From Mobula birostris (lineage: Eukaryota), in the NCBI RefSeq assembly GCF_030028105.1, contig NC_092388.1:46878581-46942580 (forward strand): DNA of 64,000 bases, in the 5' to 3' direction. Both the position numbers and the translations under genes were made by a program. This document shows, one piece after another, positions 1 to 12,254 of the stretch (positions are counted from its first letter, which is position 1; each line of letters begins with the position of its first letter). Below the pieces are notes generated by a model. That model had not been told where the DNA came from. It saw nothing but the letters and a program-made list of their open reading frames with translations, and made no database searches.

Positions 1-490
1 ATGCGCTGGGACACATTATCAGTGATATAAACTGGGGTCATCGGGTGTTTCAGGTCTCCTCTATAGGCTCGCATTATGCCCTCCTCCCTGTCCCTAGCAC
101 TGCTCTACCAGCTCCTGGTATTTGGCTTCCTTACAGTCAAACAGCTCCTCAATCTGGTCTTCGCAAGGAAGGGCCAGTTCTACCATCACCACTTACTTCG
201 AGGTTTCTGACAGAATGACTATGTCAGGCCTCAGTGATGATGATGCGATGAAGTCAGGGAACTTTAATTGCTTGCCAACATCGACTCTCGATTGCCAGTG
301 AGATTCCACGGCGAGCAAGCCTGCTGGTGATCTGTGCTGAGGCTGTGGTTGGTTTCCAGCTTTGACAAAGGTATGTACTTTTAGGGTTAGCGGAGGTGCC
401 TACTGTTGTTAACGGCCAAGGCGAAACTTTCTGCCACTGCCTTCAGCACCAGGTTCTGATGCCAGCGATAGCATTCTTCTCCTAAGGCTT
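1..490 (-). mobile_element. Degenerate HERO/R2-group non-LTR retrotransposon fragment (restriction-like endonuclease region)
   Basis: The minus-strand translation gives YRWHQNLVLKAVAE...VDVGKQLKFPDFIASSSLRPDIVILSETSK*VVMVEL...KEAKYQELVEQC. This resembles the R(H/N)..VL / RPD..E.. K..KY motifs of REL endonucleases, with in-frame stops. Confidence 0.7.
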
Positions 491-1856
491 TTGGAATATT
501 ATTTTCAGGAAAATTGAAGTAAATCTATCAATTGGTCACAAACTATGATAATGCTATATTTACGCTCTATTCTTGGTTGGTGCGGCTGTAACGAAACCAA
601 ATTTCCCTTGGGATTAATAAAGTATATCTAACTATCTAAGTATTTTCAGTTGGAGGTGCAACATCAGTACTCACCGCCTAGCTTGAATTCACTTTGGTGG
701 CAAAAAGTTTACCTTTTCTATTGCTTGTTGCTATCCGGTGTCTACTTAAAGAATTCATTGATCTGACGCTTTTGACGGTCATCAAAGTGGTGGAGTAGGA
801 ATCCCATTGAGCAATGATCACAGACAGGATGTAAAGAGCATGCATATCTAATTTAAACAATGGATCTTGCAGCAGCTTTGTGGGATCTACTTTAGTGGAG
901 GCTGCACCTCTGCAACCCTTCACTAAAGCCCACTGTAAAAGGCATATTTTATTTTGTTTTAATATGGCCATGAGTCTTCCAGAAGCACAACAAGTAGATT
1001 TAAAAGTACAATATTAGAAATTTAGTTATTGTATTAAACTACAAATTACTTAAATGCATGGTAATATAAAGAAATAACCATAAAGCTTAATCAGATTTAC
1101 CTTTTACTGGAAAGCCAGCAGCCAATTTGATATAAAGTTGAGGGGCTAGGTTTGAAGTGCTGCTGATCCTTTGTTCAGTATGATCCAGAATTCAATAACA
1201 AAGTTGTAAGAGATCAGATGGAATCTGAATTCTGCATGTTACAGACTTCCACATTACAGTGAAAGGTGTGGAAGTCCAAGACATACTAAGTACTAGAACT
1301 CAACCTGCTTCAAAGGTGTTCCCAAATTTATAAGCATTACATTCATCAAATTTCAGTTAACCCTAGATGCTTGTGGTTGTTGGAGATCACTCAGAAATAT
1401 GCACACAGGATTCCATGATAATCAATTTGAAACTCCTTAGCAAATAAAACAGTTGGCACTTTCATTCAGTCAAACCTAGACAACATTCAAGCTTGGGCTG
1501 AGAAGTGGCAAGAAACATGTAAACCTCCAAGGTGATGGGCCTTGATAATCTTCAACAGGAGAGAATCTAGTCATCTATCCCTGATACTCAATTGCACTAC
1601 CATGACAAAATACCCTGTCAACACACTGAAGGACATTAAATGCTGTGGACATTCAGTTCACTTGGTTGACTTCTCATGCCTTAAACATTCTTCCACCACT
1701 GATATTTATGACCATAATACACAATCTACAAAATACTCTAGATTATTCCAAACAACTACCTTTACTACACCAAAAACAGGGCCGCAGCAACATAGCAACA
1801 ACACCATTTGTAAGTTCCTCTTTAAGTCACATACATCATTCCGATTTTGAATGCTG

Positions 1857-2672
1857 TGTAATGCCCTGGTTAAGATTTCCACTATTATGCTGTAGATATT
1901 TCATTTTAGCAGATTCTGCAAAAGCAGTGTGTCCTGCTGGTAGAATGTTTTGGTTTCAGCTAAAGAAAAGGGGCTATGATGTTCAAGTTAGGAATGTTGT
2001 GTCAGCCATTCAAGATGGTGGAATTGGGAGAAGGTCCTAGAGAGAGCCGGGTGGAGAGAGATTTGTGACGAACGCCGGTGGGGTTTGTGGTCTTTTTGAC
2101 AGGAGCTGCGGAGAGGACAGGAGGAGTGCTGGGGGAAGGAGCATCTCCATTGCACAAAGTGCTTTGTGCAGATGAATGGCTCCAAGGAGGAAGGGCCAAC
2201 ACTCCCAAGAGAGAGCCCGTTTGTTCGAGATGGATTTCCAGCAAGGCTCGGAATGTGGTGTGTGCTTTCACGCAGACTGTGGGTCCAGCGCGTGAGTAAA
2301 GAGACAACTCCAAGAAGAGCTCCAACTTTATGTGCATATTTGAACTGAGTTAACTGTAATGGGCCCTTTTTTTCTTCTCTTTTTCCTACTAACTAATAAA
2401 GCTGAAATTTGTAAATATACTTTCTTTATAATTTTATGCAGTGTACGATCTGTTATTTCTTGTGTATGAGCAGTATTTACACAGCATTTGCTCAAATTGA
2501 GGTTTCTTTAATCAGAACATCATGATTTTCCTGTTTGGTTGAACCCCAAATCATAACAACCCTAGATGTATGTTGTTTAGGAAAAGTGGCCTTCTCACCA
2601 CCCAGTCCTGAGGCTGTTAGTAGAGCTGGCTAACAAACCAGGCTTGCTATGAGCCTGGAGAGGGGGGTTACA
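1857..2672 (+). mobile_element. Solo LTR (~816 bp)
   Basis: It starts TGTAATGCCC and ends GGGGTTACA (TG...CA with short inverted termini), has an internal AATAAA near 2395, and has near-identical 4-bp flanks gctg/gctt. No internal coding region is present. Confidence 0.7.
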
Positions 2673-2906
2673 GCTTTGTGTTCCAAGTCCAAATCTTGGA
2701 ACTCGTTCCTCGGCCACTGGGGAGTAACTTCACCAGAAGGAAGAAGGACAAGGTGGTGGCTCTAGTATGTAGGGCTAGGCATGAATTGCTGACACACTGA
2801 GAAACAAATAGACAAAAATCAAAATTAAACTGCCTTTTGCAGTACTCTTCTGGCAAAATGAACTTCACTTATGGTGGAGGTAGCATGGCAGAAAGTAGGC
2901 AATGCC

Positions 2907-3828
2907 CAGGTACTAAAGATTACGGAGTACCTGGAGGCACATGACAAGATAGACCAAAGCTAGCATGGTTTCCCAAAAGGAAGATCCTACCTGACTACCC
3001 TACTACAATTTTTTGAGGAAATTACAAGCTGGGTAAACAAGGGAGATACAGTAGATGTGGCGCAATTGGATTTTCAGAAGGCCTTTGACAAGATGCTGCA
3101 CATGAGGCTGCTTAGCAAGATAAGAGCCCATGGAATTACAGGGACATTACTAGCATGGATGGAGCATTGGCTGATCAGGAGAAAACAGAGATGGGGAATA
3201 AGGGGATCCTATTCTGGCTGGCTGCCAGTTACCGGTGGAGTTCCACAGGGGTCGGTGTTGGGACTGCTGCTTTTTATGATGTATGTCAATAATTTGGACT
3301 ATGGCATTAATGGATTTGTGGCTAAATTTGTGGATACAAAGATGGGTGGAGGAGCAGGTAGTGTTGAGGAAACAGAAAGCCTGCAGAGAGACTTAGATAG
3401 TTTAAGCGAATGGGCAAAGAAGTGGCAAATGAAACACAACGTTGGAAAGTGTACTGCCATGCACTTTGGTGGAAGAATTAAAGGGGCAGATTATTATTAG
3501 ATGGGGAGAGAATTCAAAATGCTGAGATGCAAAGGAACTTGAAGTCCTTGTGCAGGATACCCTAAAGGTTAACCTCAAGGTTGAGTCGGTGGTGTAGAAG
3601 GCAAATGCAATGTTGGCATTCATTTCTGGAGGTATAGAATATAAGAGCAGGGATGTGATGTCGAGGCTCAGTAAGGCACTCGTGAGACCACATTTGCAGT
3701 ATTGTGTCCAGTTTTGGGCTCCTTATTTTAAAAAAGGATACACTGACATTGGAGAGGGTTCAGAGAATGATTCCAAGAATGAAAGGGTTACTATATGAGG
3801 AACATCTGGCAGCTCTTGGGCTGTATTC
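2907..3828 (+). mobile_element. CR1-type LINE reverse transcriptase fragment (left part, interrupted)
   Basis: ORF 3057-3500 has LDFQKAFDK, GVPQGSVLG and a degenerate KFVDTK motif. ORF 3610-3798 has LVRPHLQYCVQFWAPY. The element resumes at about 6571. Confidence 0.85.
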
Positions 3829-5478
3829 ATAGAAACATAGAAACATAGAAAATAGGCGCAGGAGTAAGCCATTCGGCCCTTCGAACCTGCACCGCCATTC
3901 AGTGTGATCATGGCTGATCATCCAACTCAAAACCCTGTACCTGCCTTCCCTCCATACCCCATGATCCCTTTAGCCACAAGGGCCATATCTAACTCCCTCT
4001 TAAATATAGCCAATGAACTAGCCTCAACTGTTTCCTGTGGCAGAGAATTCCACAGATTCACCACTCTCTGTGTGAAGAAGTTTTTCCTAATCTTGGTCCT
4101 AAAAGGCTTCCCCTTTATCCCCAAACTGTGACCCCTCGTTCTGGACTTCCCCAACATCGGGAACAATCTTCTTGCATCGAGCCTGTCAATCTCTTTAGGA
4201 TTTTATACGTTTCAATAAGATCCCCCCTCAATCTTATAAATTCCAATGAGTATAAGCCTAGTTGATCCAGTCTTTCATCATATGAAAGTCCTGCCATCCC
4301 AGGAATCAATCTGGTGAACCTTCTTTGTACTCCCTCTATGGCAAGAATGTCTTTCCTCAGATTAGGGGAACAAAACTGCACACAATACTCCAGGTGTGGT
4401 CTCACCAAGGCCTAGTACAACTGCAGTAGTACCTCCCTGCTCCTGTACTCGAATCCTCTCGCTATGAATGCCAGCATACCATTCACCTTTTTCACCGCCT
4501 GCTGTACCTGCATGCCCACTTTCAATGACTGGTGTATAATGACACCCAGGTCTTGTTGCACCTCCCCTTTTCCTAATCGGCCACCATTCAGATAATAATC
4601 TGTTTTTCTGTTTTTGCCACCAAAGTGGATAACTTCACATTTATCCACATTAAATTGCATCTGCCATGAATTTACCCACTCACCTAACCTATCCAAGTCA
4701 CCCTGCATCCTCTTAGCATCCTCCTCACAGCTAACACTGCCGCCCAGCTTCGTATCATCCGCAAACTTAGAGATGCTGCATTTAATTCCCTCATCTAAGT
4801 CATTAATATATATTGTAAACAACTGGGGTCCCAGCACTGAGCCTTGCGGTACCCCACTAGTCACTGCCTGCCATTCTGAAAAGGTCCAGTTTATTCCCAC
4901 TCTTTGCTTCCTGTCTGCCAACCAATTCTCTATCCACATCAATACCTTGCCCCCAATACCGTGTGCTTTAAGTTTGCACACTAATCTCCTGTGTGGGACC
5001 TTGTCAAAAGCCTTTTGAAAATCCAAATATACCACATCCACTGGTTCTCCCCTATCCACTCTACTAGTTACATCCTCAAAAAATTCTATGAGATTCGTCA
5101 GACATGATTTTCCCTTCACAAATCCATGCTGACTTTGTCCGATGATTTCACCACTTTCCAAATGTGCTGCTATCACATCTTTGATAACTGACTCTAGCAT
5201 TTTCCCCACCACCGATGTCAGGCTAACCGGTCTATAATTCCCTGGTTTCTCTCTCCCTCCTTTCTTAAAAAGCGGGGTTACATTAGCCACCCTCCAATCC
5301 TCAGGAACTAGCCCAGAATCTAAAGAGTTTTGAAAAATTATCACTAATGCATCCAATATTTCTTGGGCTACTTCCTTAAGCATTCTGGGATGCAGACCAT
5401 CTGGCCCTGGGGATTTATCTACCTTTAATCCCTTCAATTTACCTAACACCACTTCCCTACTAACATATATTTCCCTCA

Positions 5479-6345
5479 ACACACATCAAAGTTGCTGGTG
5501 AACGCAGCAGGCCAGGCAGCATCTCTAGGAAGAGGTGCAGTCGAGGTTTCAGGCCGAGACCCTTCGTCAGGACTAACTGAAGAAAGAGTGAGTAAGAGAT
5601 TTGAAAGTTGGAGGGGGAGGGGGAGATCCAAAATGATAGGAGAAGACAGGAGGGGGAGGGATGGAGCCAAGAGCTGGACAGGTGATTGGCAAAGGGGATA
5701 TGAGAGGATCATGGGACAGGAGGTCCAGGAAGAAAGATGGGGGGGGGGGAACCCAGAGGATGGGCAAGGGGTATATTCAGAGGGACAGAGGGAGAAAAAG
5801 GAGAGTGAGAGAAAGAATGTGTGTATAAAAATAAGTAACAGATGGGGTACGAGGGGGAGGTGGGGCATTAGCGGAAATTAGAGAAGTTGATGTTCATGCC
5901 ATCAGGTTGGAGGCTACCCAGACGGAATATAAGGTTCGTACCCCATCTGTTACTTATTTTTATACACACATTCTTTCTCTCACTCTCCTTTTTCTCCCTC
6001 TGTCCCTCTGAATATACCCCTTGCCCATCCTCTGGGTTCCCCCCCCCCCATCTTTCTTCCTGGACCTCCTGTCCCATGATCCTCTAGTATCCCTTTTGCC
6101 AATCACCTGTCCAGCTCTTGGCTCCATCCCTCCCCCTCCTGTCTTCTCCTATCATTTTGGATCTCCCCCTCCCCCTCCAACTTTCAAATCTCTTACTCAC
6201 TCTTCCTTCAGTTAGTCCTGACGAAGGGTCTCGGCCTGAAACATTGACTGCACCTCTTCCTAGGGATGCTGCCTGGCCTGCTGCGTTCACCGGCAACTTT
6301 GATGTGTGTTGCTTGAATTTCCAGCATCTGCAGAATTCCTGTTGT
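5479..6345. mobile_element. Penelope-like element 3' fold-back (inverted pseudo-LTR pair) with two hammerhead motifs
   Basis: Arms at about 5479-5852 and 5936-6309 are inverted copies. The spacer encodes LIFRLGSLQPDGMNINFSNFR, typical of a PLE GIY-YIG ORF C-terminus. There is a 14-bp TSD at(a/g)tatttccctca at 5465-5478 and 6346-6359. Confidence 0.85.
6214..6249 (+). ncRNA. Minimal type I hammerhead ribozyme motif (PLE-associated, cleavage triplet mutated)
   Basis: The sequence reads agtc-CTGACGA-a-gggt ctcg gcct-GAAAC-att-gact. The mirror copy is at 5539-5574 on the minus strand. Confidence 0.65.
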
Positions 6346-6570
6346 ATGTATTTCCCTCAGTTCCTCCATCTCACTAGACCCTCTGTCCCCTACTATTTCC
6401 GGAAGATTATTTATGTCCTCCTTAGTGAAGACAGAATCAAAGTAGTTATTCAATTGGTCTGCCATGTCCTTGTTCCTCATGATCAATTCACCTGTTTCTG
6501 TCTGTAGGGGACCTACAGTTGTCTTAACCAATCTTTTTCTTCTCACATTTCTATAAAAGCTTTTACAGTC

Positions 6571-6972
6571 CAGGAGAATGAGGAGGGATCTCATAGAAAC
6601 ATTCCGAATATTAAAAGGCCTGAACAGATAAGATATGGCAAAGTTATTTCCCATGGTAGAGGAGTCTATGACAAGAGGGCACAACTTCAGGATTGAAGGA
6701 CGCCCATTTAGAACAGAGATGCAGAGAAATTACTTTAGTCAAAGGGTGGTAAATCTGTGGAATTTGTTGCCACGAGAGGCTGAGGAGGACAAGTCATTGG
6801 GTGCATTTAAGACAGAGATAGATAGGTTCTTGATTAGCCAGGGCATCAAAGAGAATGGGGAGAAGGGAGGAGAGTGGGGATGACTGGAAGAATTGGATCA
6901 GCCCATGACTGAATGGCACAGCAGACTCGGTGGGCTGAATGGCCAACTTCTGCTCCTATATCTTTTGGCCTT
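6571..6972 (+). mobile_element. CR1-type LINE 3' part (continuation of 2907-3828)
   Basis: ORF 6635-6883 has TRGHNFRIEG...FSQRVVNLWNLLP, followed by a CR1-type 3' UTR (gggctgaatggcc). Confidence 0.85.
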
Positions 6973-8391
6973 AAAGGCTGCAGCTTCCTTACAAAAATAC
7001 CCTAATTTGGTTGTAGTATCTCTTCTTGCAACTTGTGTGTATTTCGCAGTAGAATTGGAGCTTTGCTTTACTTAGAAATAGTTTTTTGGCTTTATTCCAA
7101 CTGGCATTTAAAAAAGCGAATAAAGCAATGGGTCAGCAATTTTACAGACCTTTATCTGAAAGATTTATAGTGCTACATCAATGGTAACTGATTAAGCTCA
7201 GAATTTATGCCAACTTTTTACCTGGCACAAACAACTTGCAATAGTCAATATAAAGTTAATAAGGGAGTCCTTTATTAATTTTAATTGTGAATAAAATAAA
7301 TGAGCGAAATGGAGCAATTTCACTTATGTGGTATTAATAAGATTCAACACAGCCAGCCCCCTCATTCTTTTGATCCCATTGGTTTCCAGGATCCATTTAC
7401 AGATGTGTAAATGATATGTGCATACTGACACCAGGTCGCCTTGAGGATGATATGTGACCTAGAGTCCAAAGCAATCCTGAACAGTTTGTGGATGGAGCAC
7501 ATTTGAGATTGCACAATCTGGAAGACAGTTTCTGCACTCAAAATTATCCCCTCAGTATCATACAGAGATTTGATTGTTGCAGTGCAGTGTGTCTGATACA
7601 TTCTTGGCATGTATTTCTAATTCAAAGAGGAAGAAATATTTGGAGAAGTGCTTCCTGAGCAAAATAAATTGTATTTATCTGAAGCTTTCAAAGCACAAAA
7701 TAGTCCAGGATACTTTGGAAACCAGATTAAAAATGAGTCTTACATCATTCAACAATATAAAGGAGATTAGAAAGAATAATCAAAAGATTGATTGAAGAAA
7801 TAGTTTTTAAGATGACTTTTAAAATCTGAAGTACAAGGACAGATCTGGTTGTTTTTAATCCACTCAAATAACCATTGAGCTCATAGTCTAGCCACATTAA
7901 ACACTAAACTGAAAAGGAAACAGACCATGAATTACACCAGCTGCCACTACAGAAAAAAAAGATCACATTGGTCAAGTTGCAGTAAACTTCAAGTTAAAAC
8001 AATTTCACATTGAACCCACCTATATACACTAAGTGAGTTCTAAAACGTATTTTGTATGTCGAGGTCCAATTCCACCCTTAATTTGAAGAAGGTTGTAAAA
8101 TGTAAATTACATCTAGTGTAATTAATTGGAGTTTCCAGGAGAGGGCGGCAAGGAACCTCAGGTTTTAGACAATCCCAATACATTCAAGCTGCAAAGTCTG
8201 CTTACAGCAGCACCAATAACTACATTTTTCTGTGCTGTACTTTTAACAAACTGAATGTCTTCTGATAATCCTTTTGGTAACGATTTTTTGACAACAGAAC
8301 CCATCAGAATTTTTGAACCCCATGTGCAGTGTATTTAAAAACTAGCTATATTCTCTGGCTATAAATTTGCTAAGTTCTGCACCACCACATA

Positions 8392-8890
8392 CCATATAAC
8401 CATATAACAATTACAGCATGGAAACAGGCCATCTCGGCCCTTCTAGTCCGTGCCGAACTCTTAGTCTCACCTAGTCCCACCGACCTGCACTCAGCCCATA
8501 ACCCTCCATTCCACTCCTTTCCTGTCCATATATCTATCCAATTTAACTTTAAATTACAACATCGAACCTGCCTCAACCACTTCTGCTAGAAGCTCGTTCC
8601 ACACAGCTACCACTCTCTGCGTAAAGAAGTTCCCCCTCATGTTACTCCTAAACTTTTGCCCTTTAACTCTCAACTCATGTCCTCTTGTTTGAATCTCCCC
8701 CACTCTCAATGTAAAAAGCCTATCCACGTCAACTCTATCGATCCCCCTCATAAGTTTAAATACCTCTATCAAGTCCTCCCTCAATCTTCTACGCTCCAAA
8801 GAATAAAGACCCAACTTGTTCAACCTTTCTCTGTAACTTAGGTGATGAAACCCAGATAACATTCTAGTAAACCTTCTCTGTACTCTCTCC
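8392..8890 (-). mobile_element. CR1-type LINE 3' fragment
   Basis: ORF 8554-8934 has LERVQRRFTRML...FFTQRVVAVWNEL. A repeated ccatataa tail lies at about 8392-8408. Confidence 0.85.
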
Positions 8891-9380
8891 AACCTCCGGC
8901 TACATATATTAGCCTCTAACAACAGAGAGGTCATGGAGGTATCCCTACTGAGAATTACGCCAGCGACCTTAAAGATCTGGATCTTAGTGTCAACTCCCTA
9001 CCGGATTCTCAAGGAGGCACTCTTGGAGTGAAGTTACTTCTTGGCTTCGCTCCATTACTGTTCATGAGCACCTTTATTTAATCCACTTTTATCGACACTA
9101 AAAGACTCATACAATAGATTTTTTCCTTTTCTCTTTTCTGTAAGTTTGGATTCTGAATCTTGGAGACATGAGTAGAGAAGCAAGTACAAAACCTATACTT
9201 CGAGACCCTAAATCTGTAAAAGATGCCGATGGCAACGGGAGAAAGAAACTTGATCCCAAACAACCTGAATTAACCTTTGAGATAATGTCGAATCTGCTCC
9301 GTGAACAATCGGAAGAAATACGCCGAAATGTTAGAGAAGAGATTAAATCAATTACTGATGCGATTAATGCTCTTCATCCT
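8891..9380 (+). mobile_element. Possible L1/Tx1-type LINE 5' UTR plus ORF1 N-terminus
   Basis: ORF 9168-9449 has a basic N-terminus followed by a coiled-coil-like segment (LLREQSEEIRRNVREEIKSITDAINAL). It lacks splice signals and is CpG-richer than its surroundings. Confidence 0.4.
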
Positions 9381-9659
9381 GATTTGCATTGGAAACCAAG
9401 GAACAAGGGATATCGGCTTATCAACATTACTGAAGACATGTTGGAATAATGGTTACTAATTTCAATGTGCAGGCAAACCTCGCCTTACAGCTGTTCACGG
9501 TTTAGAAATTCATCCTATGGAATTCAGAAATTACTACCCAAAAATGCAAGATGCAGAGTACAAATCTCAAAGAATTTGAGTGGAAAAATTAAAAGCAAAA
9601 TATGAAACAAACAACAAATTCTTATGTTTTCACTCACAACCTTTGTTCAAGAGAAGTTA

Positions 9660-10950
9660 ATAGGGATATTTCTGGGAATTATATGCCAATGAGTCTTACA
9701 CCAGTAGTGGGAAAACCATTGGAGAGGATTCTTTGAGACAGGATTTACAAGTATTTGGAGAAGCATAGTCTGATTAAGGATAGTTAGCATGGCTTTGCGA
9801 AGGGAACTCGTGCATCATGAGCATGATGGACTTCTTTGAGGCAGTGACAAAACAAACTGATGAAGGTAGATCAGCGGATCAGTTGCATACGGATTTTGTT
9901 AAAGCATTTGACAAGGTTCCCCATGGTAGCTTATTCAGAAAGTTGGCTGCATAGATTCAGACTTGACTTACCCAAAAAAGGCAGAGGATAGTAGTAGATG
10001 GAACATATTCTGCCTGGAAGTCAATGACTAGTGGTATTCCGCAGGGATCTGTTCTGGGACCCTGCTCTTTGTGATTTTTAACATATGACTTAGATGAGGA
10101 AGTAGAAGGGTAGGTTAGTGTTTGCAGATCACATAAAGTTGCCGCACAGGTTGATAGGGTTGATAAGAAAGTACATGGCATGTTGGCCTTCATTAGTCAA
10201 TGGATGGAGTTCAAGAGTCGTGATAACTTGATAGAGGTGTACAAGATGAAAGGAGGCAAAGACAGAGTGAACATCCAGTGCCTATTTCCCAGAGTGGCGC
10301 TGGTTAATATAAAAGGGCACAATTTTAAGTTGATTGGAGGGATGTATGGAGGGCAATGTAAGAAGTAGATTTTACAGTGCAAAGAAGCCACTGCCAGGTT
10401 GGTGGTAGAGGCAATGACATTAGGGACATTTAAGAGACTCTTAGATAGGCACATGGATGAAAGAAAAATAGAGACCTATGTGGCAGTGAAGGGTTAGATT
10501 GGACTTTTCTCTTTGGAGTGAAGGAGAATGAGAGGTGATGNNNNNNNNNNNNNNNNNNNNNNNNNNNNNNNNNNNNNNNNNNNNNNNNNNNNNNNNNNNN
10601 NNNNNNNNNNNNNNNNNNNNNNNNNNNNNNNNNNNNNNNNNNNNNNNNNNNNNNNNNNNNNNNNNNNNNNNNNNNNNNNNNNNNNNNNNNNNNNNNNGAG
10701 ACTTATCCTCAGGGTGGAAATGTGAGGAAACATAATTTTAAGGTGATTGGAAGAAAGTATATGGTTTCTTACACAGATTGGTGGTTACTAAGGAACACAC
10801 TGCCAGGGGTGATGGTAAGGGTTGATACTCTTAGATAGGCAGGTGGATGTTAGAAAATGACTGCTTATGTGGAGGCAGAAGAGTTAATCATTCTTGGAGT
10901 AGGTTAAAAGGGTGGCAGAACATCATGTGCTGAAGAGCCACACTGTACTG
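9660..10950 (+). mobile_element. Degenerate CR1 fragments spanning an assembly gap
   Basis: RT remnants are visible (gcatttgacaaggttcccc; gcagggatctgttctgggacc) together with CR1 3' regions. Confidence 0.7.
10541..10697. other. Assembly gap (N run)
   Basis: Run of N. Confidence 1.
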
Positions 10951-11100
10951 TTCCATTTTAAATCACACGTTGAAAGTGGAAATGTTTCTAGGGGAAAGTT
11001 TTTGTTTTGGCATTACAGAGAAACCAGAGTTTTATAGGAACTGTCCATAAATGCAGAGACTGGATATATTCAGTCCCAGTAAAGTCAATCCATCTACAGT

Positions 11101-11195
11101 CCTGACAAAGGGTCTCGGCCTGAAATGTCAACTGTACCTCTTCCTAGCAATGCTGCCTGGCCTACTGCGTTCACCAGCAACTTTTATGTGTGTTG
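11101..11195 (+). mobile_element. 95-bp PLE terminal insertion (hammerhead motif plus tail) with 10-bp TSD
   Basis: The insert reads cctgacaaagggtctcggcctgaaatgtcaact...gtgtgttg and is flanked by catctacagt at 11091-11100 and 11196-11205. Confidence 0.8.
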
Positions 11196-11206
11196 CATCT
11201 ACAGTA

Positions 11207-11460
11207 ATAGAAACATAGAAAATAGGTGCAGGAGTAGGCTATTCGGCCCTTCGAGCCTGCACCGCCATTCAGTACGATCATGGCTGATCATCCAACTCAG
11301 AACCCTGTACCTGCCTTCTCTCCATACCCCCTGATCCCTTTAGCCACAAGGGCCATATCTAACTCCCTCTTAAATATAGCCAATGAACTGGCCTCAACTG
11401 TTTCCCGTGGCAGAGAATTCCACAGATTCACCAGTCTCTGTGTGAAGAAGTTTTTCCTCA
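11207..11460 (-). mobile_element. CR1 3' end (same family as 3829-4100)
   Basis: Nearly identical to 3837-4090, including the atagaaacatag tail. Confidence 0.85.
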
Positions 11461-11844
11461 TAATATTTCACTTTATTACATAGAAAGCAATGTATAGGGA
11501 CTCCTCATCCCCACCCCCAAGTTATTGAAGCTTTCTATTCCTGTGAACTGTACATAACCGTAATAGGTCTCAGATCAGAAATGGAGGCACAAACACAGAA
11601 AATACCTGCAGCTCCAGAGCAGTGGCACATCCATCCTGCCATACTCCTACTAGAGTGCTCAATTGCACGTGCAGACTACACACAAGTTGGGTGTTTGTAA
11701 ACCGGGAGGAGACGATCAAAGATGTACTCAGCCCACTGCTCTACTCTCTCTACACTCATGGGGCACCACAGTAACATAGCAGTTAGCACAGCACTATTAC
11801 AGCTCAGGGCAAAGGAGTTCAATTCCAACACCATCCATAAGATC

Positions 11845-12072
11845 ACAAGCATGAGAAAATCTGCAGATGCTGGAAATTCAAGCCACACACACAAAATGGT
11901 GGTGGAATGCAGCAGGCCAGGCAGCATCTACAGGAAGTACAGTCGACATTTCAGGCCAAGACCCTTTGAGTCCAGACAAAGGGTCTCAGCCTGAAACGTC
12001 AACTGTACTTCTTCCTATAGATGCTGCCTGACCTGCTGCATTCCACCAGCATTTTGTGTGTGTGTGTGTGTT
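11845..12072. mobile_element. Short PLE-derived fold-back inserted into a SINE
   Basis: Two hammerhead-region copies meet at about 11968. A 15-bp TSD accatcc(a/g)taagatc lies at 11830-11844 and 12073-12087. Confidence 0.8.
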
Positions 12073-12254
12073 ACCATCCGTAAGATCTTTGTACATCCTT
12101 TTGAAATCATGGGGGTTTCCTCCCACATTCCAAAGATAAACCAGTTAGTAGGTTGATTGGTCATTGTAAATGGTCTTGTGATTAGGCTAGGATTAAATAG
12201 GTGGATTGCCAAGCCAAAAGGGCTGTTCCACACTATCTCCAGTTAAAATAAAAT

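Larger units (their letters stand above)
3829..6570 (-). mobile_element. Younger 5'-truncated CR1-type LINE nested in the older CR1, itself interrupted by a PLE fold-back (5479-6345)
   Basis: ORF 4412-5482 is a clean RT (YLDFQKAFDKV, GVPQGSVLGP, KFADDTK). C-terminal ORFs lie at 4115-4408 and 3927-4166. A tandem (atagaaac)n 3' tail sits at about 3829-3850. Confidence 0.92.

Noticed and set aside
1101-1200. Second minus-strand coding exon joining to 676-932
   Set aside because: There is an in-frame stop upstream with no acceptor after it, and its phase is incompatible with the open frame of 676-932.
4412-5482. 356-aa RT ORF as a domesticated host gene
   Set aside because: It is part of a 5'-truncated CR1 with a stop at 4412 and a PLE insertion upstream. 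There is no promoter or splice context.
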